Source: Diplonema japonicum (Eukaryota > Protista > Euglenozoa: Diplonemea). Taken from it: DNA of 64,000 nucleotides. The number at the start of each line of letters is the position of its first letter. Position 1 is the stretch's first letter. Positions 12,415 to 21,834 of this stretch are shown here, one piece after another. The stretch covers positions 1 through 64,000 of the forward strand of contig OZ025703.1 of assembly GCA_964019335.1 (NCBI GenBank), in the 5' to 3' direction. The notes under the pieces were generated by a model. It did not search any database. It was not told the origin of the DNA and saw only the letters and a program-made list of their open reading frames with translations. The position numbers were made by a program, and so were the translations under genes.

Positions 12415-13735
12415 CCGTGTCGTGTCCTTAATGTGTGCAGTGTGCAGCTCAACACCAGCCATGGCCCTGGTAACTAAGATTCTGGGCCTGTGTAGTTTGC
12501 TGCCAGTTCATCACCCTGAGCATCTGCAATACGTTCCTCCACTCGGGCACAACCGGTGATGACCAACATGGAGGTCAACAGCGAACAACACATCTGATGT
12601 ACTTCTTATATTTCCATATTTCTGTGATCCCCACCACCAAATAACATGAAAGAGGTAAAGGAGACCAGTGACAGGTGCACCTTGGCCACTTCTGCATTCC
12701 ATGTCGTGTCCTTAATGCATGCAGTGTGCAGCTCAACCCCAGCTGGTGCCTAAGTAGTTTACTCACCCTGAGCATCTGCAATTTGTTCTTCCACTCAGGG
12801 TGCTACAGGTGATGACTGGCCAAGTGGATGGAGGAAATGCCTGTTCATCGTGTTGGCGGTGCCTGCACAAGAACTGTTAACTTGATACAGGGGGGCACTG
12901 CAGCTGAGTTGTAGCTTCTTCTGTGTTCTGTGTTGTGTTCTTAATGTGTGCAGTGTGCAGCTTAACCCCAGCCGTAGCAACGGGGTAACCAAGATTCTGC
13001 ACTCATGCAGTTTGCTGCCAATTCATCACCCTGAGCATCTGCATTATGTTCTCCACTTGGGCGCTACTGGTGATGACCAACATGGAGGTCAACAGCAAAC
13101 AACACATCTGATGTACTTCTTATATTTCCATGTTATCCCCACCACCTGAATGATATATATATGAGTTAAAAGAGGCCGGTGTTGGTGGTGCCCTGCACAA
13201 GAACTGTCTGCTTGATTACAGGGGCGCACCGCAACCGAGTTGTAGCTTCTTCTGCATTCCGTGTCATGTCTTTAATGTGTGTGGTGTAGTTTGCTGCCTG
13301 TTTGTCACCCTAAGCATCTGCATTATGTTCTTCCACTCGGGAGCTACCGGTGATGACCAATGAGGAGGTCAACAGTGAACAACACATCTGATGTTTTTTC
13401 ATGCTATCCCCACCACCTTTGGAATAATATACAAGAGTTAAAGGAGGCCGGTGTTGGCAGTGCCCTGCACAAGAACTGTCTACTTGATTACAGGGGGTGC
13501 ACCGCAGCCGGGTTGTAGCTTCTTCTGCGTTCTGCATCGTGTCCTTAATCACTGCGGCCGAGTTGTAGCTTCTTCTGTGCTCCGTGTCGTGTCCTTAATG
13601 TGTGCGGGGTTCAGCTCAACCCTAGCCGGGGCGCCCTGGGTAACCAAGATTCTGCACTCGTGTGGTTTGCTCGGTGATGACCGATGAGGAGGTCAACAGC
13701 AAATAACACATCTGATGTTTTTCTTATATTTTCAT
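12415..13735 (-). repeat. Head-to-tail tandem array of ribozyme-led units (ribozyme starts at 13417, 13146 and 12638; partial copies near 13735 and 12850)
   Basis: The order repeats on the minus strand: GGTGGTGGGG ribozyme, body (AGAATCTTGGTTACC..CATTAAGGACAC..GAAGAAGCTACAAC..TGTAATCAAG), A/T linker, next ribozyme. Confidence 0.8.
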
Positions 13736-13774
13736 AAAAAGAAGATAAAAGTTTTTTTTTTTTTTTTTTTTTTT

Positions 13775-13923
13775 ACCAACTCGGTTGAGGGTTTTATACC
13801 TAAGGTACCGAGGAGGGTGAACGAGGGGCCGAAGGCCACACCACAGCAGAAAGGTTCGATCAAGAGATAGATTGAGACTCTTCAGGCGTCCTGCCACATA
13901 CCGCAGGTACCCTTAAATGTCTC
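13775..13923. repeat. 149-nt structured dispersed element followed by poly(T) (SINE-like, ncRNA gene or retroelement end; unassigned)
   Basis: Identical copy at 60479-60627, truncated copy at 6976-7027, degenerate copy at ~58865-58900. Hairpins GGCC-GAA-GGCC and CCTGC..GCAGG; GAGAC/GTCTC pairing. Confidence 0.85.
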
Positions 13924-13959
13924 TTTTCTTTTTCTTTTTTTTTTTTTTTTTTTTATTAA

Positions 13960-14097
13960 GGTGGTGGGGATAACATGGAAATATAAGAAGTACATCAGAT
14001 GTGTTGTTCGCTGTTGACCTCCTCGTCGGTCATCACCGGTAGCGCCCGAGTGGAAGAACGTAACGCAGATGCTCAGGGTGACGAACAGGCAGCAAAC
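13960..14097 (+). ncRNA. HDV-like self-cleaving ribozyme, apparently intact
   Basis: P1 GGTGGTG(13960-66)/CATCACC(14031-37); P2 GCTGTTG(14010-16)/CAGGCAGC(14086-93); P3 ACC/GGT; L3 TCCTCGTC; P1.1 GG(14038-39); P4 CGCCCGAG/CTCAGGGTG; J4/2 A-C14082-GAA. Confidence 0.85.
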
Positions 14098-14919
14098 TGC
14101 ACGAGCGCAGAATCTTGGTTACCCGGGACGCCCCGGCTAGGGTTGAGCACACCGCACGCATTAAGGACACGACGCGGAACGCAGAAGAAGCTACAACTCG
14201 GCCGAGGAGCGCCCCCTGTAATCAAGTAGGTAGTTCTTGCTTCATTGCACGCTTAACGCCACCTAGTGTTGCAATCAAAGCCCCATTTTTTTTTTTTTCT
14301 TCGTTTCTCGTTGTTTTTGTTGTTGTTGTCGTCTCTCAGTACCTGTGTAACATCTTTTCTTGTAGACATCTGTTTATATGTTTGAACTCTGCAGCAAAAA
14401 AAGGGGGGGATGTGGTGTTGTGGTTGTATCTTGTACGGTCCGGTTCAGTCCAGTCCAGTCCGGTCCGGTCCGGTCTGGTCCGGTCTGGTCCAGTCCGGTC
14501 CGGTCCGGTCTGGTCCAGTCCGGTCAGTCCGGCATAATTGGGTCGAAATTCACGCCGGATCCGGTCCGGTCCGGTCCAGTCCGGTCTAGTCCTAATTAGG
14601 ATTCACCCATCACTGCTGTTGTTGTATAAACATACACACCCTCCTCTTATACATATTATTTATTATTTCCCCCCTTTTCTATTACATCCAAATACAACAT
14701 TTGATGCGGAAAGCAGAAACAACAGCTTGGCTTAGGTGTGCGAAAAAATGTGAGAAGACAAGAAAAAAAGAAGGGGAAAAAAAAAAAGGTAAACACATCA
14801 TGTATGTCAAAAAAATCAAGGATTTTTTCCTCTTTTTTTTTTCCCCATTTTTTTTTTTTTTTTTTTTTCCAAAGGGAAAAAAAAAAAAAAAAAAGTTGCA
14901 AAACTATCAAAAATAATGA

Positions 14920-15031
14920 CAGTGTTGGGGAGAGTCCCGTGAGTCCCGTCGAGTCCCATCCCGTGGAGTCCCGTGAGTCCTATCCAGGCCCTATTCCGTT
15001 TTAGGGGATGGGACGGGACTGACCAACACTG
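14920..15031. mobile_element. 112-bp hAT-type MITE, TIR CAGTGTTGG, with GAGTCCC repeats
   Basis: CAGTGTTGG...CCAACACTG; related termini at 1321-1329, 8131-8139 and 11081-11089; no TSD visible. Confidence 0.7.
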
Positions 15032-15434
15032 GTCTGGTCCAGTCCGGTCCAGTCTGGTCAGTCCAGCATAATTGGGTCGAAATTCACGCCGGATCCGGTC
15101 TGGTCCGGTCCAGTCCGGTCTAGTCCTAATTAGGATTCACCCATCACTGGTCCCAGAGGGTCTTGAAGCGAACAACAAAGACATATAGTCATGAAGAATT
15201 ATTTTTTTCCTTTGTAGCGCCCTTCTTATTTTATATTTGTTCTCTTTTCTTCCTCTTTTTCTGGGGGTAGATGTGTTGGGTTGTTGGGGTAAACGGGATT
15301 AGATAAGGCTGCTGCTCACAAACTTTTCTTTTTTCCTCTGTTTCTCTCTGCCATCTTCAGCACTGCTCTTCTTGTTGCTACTTCACGTCTTTTACAACAC
15401 CCTTATATCATAACAGATCTTCTGACATAACAAA

Positions 15435-17458
15435 ATGGCCTACGACGGAGCTATCGGTATCGATTTGGGAACCACCTACTCATGTGTGGGTGTGTGGCAG
15501 AACGAGCGTGTGGAGATCATTGCGAACGACCAGGGGAACAGAACGACCCCCTCCTATGTGGCCTTCACTGACAGTGAGCGTCTGATCGGTGACGCTGCAA
15601 AGAACCAGGTGGCGATGAACCCCACAAACACCGTGTTCGACGCAAAGAGGCTGATTGGGAGGAAGCTGCAAGACTCCTCTGTGCAGAGTGACATGAAGCA
15701 TTGGCCCTTCAAGGTGGTGGCGAAGGCAGATGGCAAGCCCCTGATCCAAGTGCAGTACATGGGTGAGGAGAAGCAGTTCATGCCGGAGGAGATCTCTGCC
15801 ATGATCCTAGTGAAAATGAAGGAGACCGCTGAGGCCTTCCTCGGGAAGGAGATCAAGAAGTCCGTTGTGACTGTTCCCGCCTACTTCAACGACTCGCAGC
15901 GTCAGGCGACCAAGGACGCTGGTACCATCTCCGGGATGGAAGTGCTCCGTATTATCAACGAGCCCACGGCGGCTGCCATCGCCTACGGTCTTGACAAGGC
16001 GGACGAGGCGGAGCAGAACATCCTCATCTTCGACCTTGGTGGTGGTACCTTCGACGTGACCCTCCTCACCATCGACGGTGGGATCTTCGAGGTGAAGGCA
16101 ACGGCAGGTGACACTCACTTGGGTGGGGAGGACTTCGACAACAGGATGGTGAACCACTTTGTGGAGGAGTTCAAGAGGAAGAACAAGAAGGACCTCACCG
16201 TGAACCAGAGGGCCCTCAGGAGGCTCAGGACCGCGTGCGAGAGGGCCAAGAGGGCTCTCTCGTCAGCTGCCCAGACCAGCATTGAGATTGACTCCCTCTT
16301 CGAGGGTATCGACTTTTACACCTCCATCACCAGGGCCAGGTTCGAGGAGCTGTGTGCGGACCTCTTCCGTTCGTGCCTGCGCCCCGTGGAGCAGGTGCTC
16401 GGTGATGCCAAGATGGACAAGAGGTCCATCCACGAAGTGGTGCTTGTCGGTGGATCCACCCGTATCCCCAAGATCCAGGGCATGGTGAGCGACTTCTTCG
16501 GTGGGAAGGAGTTGAACAAGTCGATCAACCCTGATGAGGCCGTCGCCTTCGGGGCTGCTGTGCAAGCCTTCGTCCTCACGGGTGGACAGTCTAAGCAGAC
16601 CGAGCAGATTCTGCTCCTGGATGTGACCCCCCTGACCTGTGGTATCGAGACCGCAGGCGGTGTGATGACCTCCCTGATTAAGAGGAACACCACCATCCCC
16701 ACCAAGAAGAGCCAGGTTTTCTCTACATACAGCGACAACCAACCCGGTGTTCACATTCAGGTGTGTCTTTATTCTTTCTTCTATCTTTCTACAGGTGTTC
16801 GAGGGTGAGAGGGCGATGACGAAGGACTGCCACCAGCTGGGGACCTTCGACCTGTCTGGGATCCCCCCCGCTCCCCGTGGTGTGCCCCAGATCGAGGTGA
16901 CCTTCGACGTGGACGCCAACGGTATCATGAACGTGTCTGCGGAGGACAAGACCACCGGGAAGAAGTCACAGGTGACCATCACCAACGACAAGGGGAGGTT
17001 GTCGCAGGCGGAGATCGACGCCATGTGCAAGGACGCCGAGAAGTACGCCGAGTCGGACAAGCTGGCGAAGGAGCGCATCGAGGCGAAGAACGGCCTTGAG
17101 AACTACGCCTACTCCATGAAGAACACCATCAACGACGAGAAGACCGGTGCCCTCATGGGTGAGGACGAGAAGAAGAAGGTCAACGACGCCTGCGAGGAGG
17201 CCATCAAGTGGCTCGACAACTCCCAGGAGGTATGTGCCAAAGAAGGAGATATCAACCACACAACAGGCCTCGAAGGAGGAGTACGAGAGCAGGATGAAGG
17301 AGCTTGAGGGCATCTGTTCCCCCATTGTGAAGAAGATGTACGAGCAGTCTGGTGGTGCTGGTATGCCTGAGGGTATGGGTGGTATGCCCGGTGGCATGCC
17401 TGGTGCTGGTGCTGGTGCTGGTGCCGGTGCCGGGCCCCAGGTGGAAGAGGTCGATTAA
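15435..17458 (+). CDS. HSP70: Cytosolic heat shock protein 70 (introns 16761-16794 and 17230-17266)
   Basis: [22 protein letters not shown] repeats, C-terminal EEVD; two GT-AG introns restore the frame. Confidence 0.98.
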
Positions 17459-17640
17459 GAAGCTAATCACTGATCTCGGCTTTTGGTCTTATTTCCCTTT
17501 TCTTTTTAGATTTCAAAGACCCCATCATTTTCATCTTTGTTTTCGTAAAGTCATTCCTCTCTCTTGATTATTAGTTTACGCCAAACACATCATTGTCTAA
17601 TAATTTCTTCTTGTGGCACAGCACACCACAGGTTTCCACG

Positions 17641-19434
17641 ATGGATACTCCGATGTTCAGTGACAAAGGAGGCAAGAAAGGGAAGAAAAGATGGATGCCA
17701 AACAACCGAGCCGACCCTTTGGGGGGTGGAAAGGGGTTTAAGGGAGACAAAGGTGGAAAGAAAGGCAAGAAAGGTGATAAAAAAGGCGACAAAGGAGACA
17801 ACAGAGTGGTGTTGATTGCAGACGTTCTTAACTTGGTAGTTGAGAAGTACGCGAGGATGAACGGAGGGCTCATGGACTGCTCAAGTGTAGTTTCAATGGA
17901 AGAGCTGAAAAAGTATTCCCCTAATATGTCAACAGACATGTGGGCACGCATTGTAGCGAAAACTGTAAAGGACAGCAAAACGTGCACGGCACTGTCTTTA
18001 GATAACAACAACATAAAGCAACTGTATTCGTTAGCCTCTCATCTGCAGCCAGAATTACAGCTTGACTCGCTGTCCTTGAAAGATAACCACATCTCAAGTA
18101 TAGAAGACATCAGAAAGCTGGAACCTTTACAACTGAAGCACTTGTGCTTAGAAGGAAACCCAATCTACAAGTATGCAGTTCCAGGCACTGCCTTTAGCTT
18201 CAATCACAGAGCCGACCCCCAGCTGTTGTACAAATCTCTGAAGAAGGCACTCCCATCGCTGCTCAGGATCGATTCTACACCTGTTGACAGGTCTAGTGTG
18301 ATCGACACACTCCCGCAGGTCCCAGGGTATGTCACCAATAGTACATGACAACCTCAGGGGCATCGACGAGGCGAACCCCATGCAGGCTACCGTGAAGGGT
18401 TTCATGGACTCTTATTTCTCAACAACCGCTGTATGTATCCGTGCAATTAATCACAGCATATCAGAAAAACTCTGCTGACGACATGCTAGACTTCTATGAC
18501 TCCAAAGCAGTGATGTCGCTAACGCTGGACGACAAGTTCAAGCTTGGCTCTGGGGTCGAGGGCGGCTTGCTAATCAGAAGCTTGAGAAGCGTAGCGCGCT
18601 GCCGCCATGGAGGCGCTGGTAATGTGTTTGTAGGAAAGTTGAATGTAGGCAAATGCTTAGAAGCCTTGATGAAGGCAAAAGCCACCTACGATGGGAGTAC
18701 CATCCTGCAACACACTGAGATAGGTCAAGTGTCGGGCACTTTGTTAGGAAGCACGCAATTCCCTCTACCGGCACTGGTGACAGTGACGATGCACGGAGTT
18801 GTGTCCTTCCCAGTGAGCAAAGTGGACCTCAAAAAGTATACTTCAACTGAAAATGCACGCCTGATACACCTGATAGGTACTTCGACAGGACGTGGCTACT
18901 TGCAGTAAAGAACGGCGCACCCATCATCGTGAACGACATGTTGCATTTAAGGGAGACACACGCGAAGCTGGACCCCGTTTTCAAGAACTCGCAGGTGTGA
19001 AGATGTTCTACAAGTTATACTCCCAGATGCAAGTGTATTATGGCTTACACATGAGAGCAGAAGACAACATGGTGGTGCAGTTAAGCAGTATGACTGGTTT
19101 GAGCCTAGACTGCTCCAGAGCGTGTTTGGAGCAGAAAGAAGCAGGACCATGGAACTTAGCGAAGGCTCAGGAAAGTATCCAAAAGAAAATGGTATGCCCT
19201 TCAGAACACAACAACGCTGTGCAGGCGGAGGGTGCTTTGACACAAACACACTTTGCGAATGAAAAAGAGCCTAAGAACCTGACGACAATGATCTTCTCAA
19301 AACGGACGAATCTGAAACCTGATAAGGCATACATGTGTCTAGAAGTCCCCGAGGTGAACTTTGACCTTATGAAAGGCTGGGAGCTATTCCTCGCCAGACA
19401 GGGGAAGCTGGATGCCTCGATGTTCATGTCGTAG
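17641..19434 (+). CDS. NXF1/Mex67-like mRNA export factor, paralog 1 (LRR + NTF2-like + two TAP-C/UBA), several short introns
   Basis: LSLDNNNI..LSLKDNHI..LCLEGNP LRR; FYDSKAVMSL..VTMHG..IVND NTF2-like; C-terminal SSMTGLS..SRACLE..WNL and a second SKRTNLK..AYMCLE..FDL. Confidence 0.8.
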
Positions 19435-19541
19435 CGAGAAGTTAAAATAGTGACTCCTGACAATCGCAGGCTTTGGCTTGCAGTAGCATCCTTTAGCCTT
19501 TTGCTTCACTTTAGTACTTTGCAACCTCCAGAAGGTAAACA

Positions 19542-21265
19542 ATGCCCCGAAGAAGAAATAACCCGTGGAACCGACCGGAAAAGGAAACTCACACCCCTTA
19601 CCATAACCCGAACAAGGGGGGTGGTAGAGGGGGTGAGACCAGGGGAGGTGGTAAGTCCAGGGGAGGTGGTAGAGGGGGTGAGGCCGTGAGCAACGATACA
19701 GCAGACAGCATCAGCGATGTATTATCCTTGTTAATGGAAAAATACTCAAGATATCAGAACGGGGTTCTTGACTGCAGCAAGCTGGACAGCATTGAAGAAG
19801 TACAGAAATACAACCCCAATCTCAATTCCGCTGCTTGGTGCAAGATCATCGCGCTGACCGTAAAGAAGCTGAAAGGATGCAAGGCACTTACATTGGACTC
19901 GAATAATGTGAAGACACTATACCACCTAGCGGATGCCCTCTCGGATGGTGTGCTGTTGGACTCCCTGAGCTTGCAGTACAACTCTATACCAAGTATGGAG
20001 GACATCCAGAAGCTGCGACCTCTTAAACTGCGCCACCTGCTCCTGCGAGGAAACCCTTTGTACAAGACTGACAGGGATGAGCTGCTTAAGAAACTCAAGA
20101 AGCACTTGCCGACACTGGAGAGAATAGATGGGATGGAGATTGTGCGGTCCACGGTCATCGACAGTGTGCCTCTTGCCTACGCTGGAATCAATGAGAACGA
20201 CCCACCGCAACTCACCGTTAAGGATTTCATCGGTAAATACTTTATGATGTCGCAGAATTGCAGTGGGCCGGACAAGGGTGTCGACCAACTGATGGACTTC
20301 TACGACACGAAAGCCACCATGTCTTTCACAATTCAGCCTAAGCTTGGCTTGGCTGTGTCTGGACCAGGTCTGACACTGGTACAAAGATTCGTCACATCAC
20401 AACACAACGTGATGCTGAACCCCAACGCCGCCACCGTGTACACCGGGAAGCTCAACGTGGGGAAGTGCCTCGAATCCCTCCACCAAGCTGCCATCACGTA
20501 CGACTCAGCTTCGATCCTCCGCAACACTGAGATTACTCAGGTACTCCCTGAGATCCTCCAGTCCACCGCCATGCCCTTCCCCCATCTCTTTACTGTTGTC
20601 ATGCACGGTAAGATGACTTTTTCTTTCAAGGGCAAAGGGAAGGAGGTCACTTCTTACAACAAGTATGCAGCTAGCAACACACAGCAACTACAAATAGATA
20701 CTTCGACCGCACATGGTTGCTCACTGCAAGGCACAACTCCGCCATCATCGTGAACGACGTGCTGCACATACGAGACACAAAGGACGAGCAAGATGCTGTC
20801 TTCAGGGAAGCCAAGGTGTGTTTCTATATGTGTATCTTAACATTTCCAGACTAAAAAATACTACGGGCTGCACTTGTATGCAGACGATATGAAAGTGATA
20901 CAGCTGGCGAGCGAGACAGGGCTGAGCATGGCAGCTGCGAGGTCATGTCTGGAGTTGGATGAATCGGGGCCATGGGATCTGCAGAAAGCAAGAGAATATT
21001 TCCAGCGGAAGATAGTATGTACCTATGAAAGCGTGTTACCCCACTGCAGGCAGAAGGGGTTCTCAATCAGAGCCACGTGGTGCATGAGCGCGATGTGGTA
21101 AAGCTTGCCGCCCAAAGGTTCTCTGAGCTGACTAACCTAGTTCCTGATATGGCGCACAAGTGCTTGACGTTGGTGAACCACGATCTTTGGAAGGGCTGGG
21201 AGCTGTTCCTGCACAAACAGGATAGCCTTACTCGCGAAATGTTCCAGTCACCACCCACTGCGTAA
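19542..21265 (+). CDS. NXF1/Mex67-like mRNA export factor, paralog 2 (N-terminal RGG), short introns
   Basis: Same domain order as paralog 1; introns ~20664-20697, 20816-20850 and 21015-21049. Confidence 0.8.
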
Positions 21266-21834
21266 AGCTGCGGGAGACAGAAATAACATCAAGTGTTCCC
21301 ATCCAACAGCCTGCAATATTTCTCCTTGGGAAGTGGCATTACCTACTTCCGAAGTCAGCGTCGACTAAACTCTAACCCTTCTTGAGGTTGCTTGAATTGT
21401 CTAAAATTGAAAAAAGAGCAGAAAAAAAAGAGGAAAAAAAAAAAAACAGAAAGAATGAAAGAAGAAAAGAGTCAATCCTCTGTCAAATATGTCATTTCCC
21501 ATTCTTTCTTTGACATCTATAGCCATTTCTTTAAGGACATTCGTTGCAGCGAAGATGACTTCGAAGCACTGATTCTAAGAATAGAATTTTGTATTGCTCA
21601 ATTTGGGTGAAGTTCCCTTTTATCTTTCCCTCTTGTTCCTGTAGGATGGAAAGGAAGAGGACGGTATTTGGTATTTGGTAAGTAATGCTAGTTATGACAG
21701 GAGAAATCAGGAACCTACTATCATTGAGTCCCACCCGCAGCCTCTATCAGTTACACCATCAGTTGCAGTTACGTAGTTGTCGATGCTTCCTTCTCTGTTG
21801 AATTCATCTCACACAGGGTTCTGGGCAACGTAAG

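Larger units (their letters stand above)
9337..12981. repeat. Large inverted duplication, arms 9337-10370 and 11948-12981
   Basis: Identical ORF translations on opposite strands (9616..9807+/12511..12702-, 10032..10331-/11987..12286+); coordinates sum to 22318. Confidence 0.92.

Noticed and set aside
13850-13915. Hammerhead ribozyme on the minus strand (CTGAAGAG...CGAA)
   Set aside because: GAAA core has only two A, stem II is imperfect and stem I does not abut CUGA; an HDV fold also fails (no P3/L3 before P1')
13775-13923. 149-nt element as the spliced-leader RNA gene (starts ACCAAC, has AAG|GTAC, ends in a T tract)
   Set aside because: Lacks the conserved euglenozoan SL exon core (AGTTTCTGTACTTTATTG) and an obvious Sm site; not in a tandem array
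7065-15004. Many short ORFs in the repeat block
   Set aside because: Translations of non-coding repeats and homopolymers; frames are not preserved between copies
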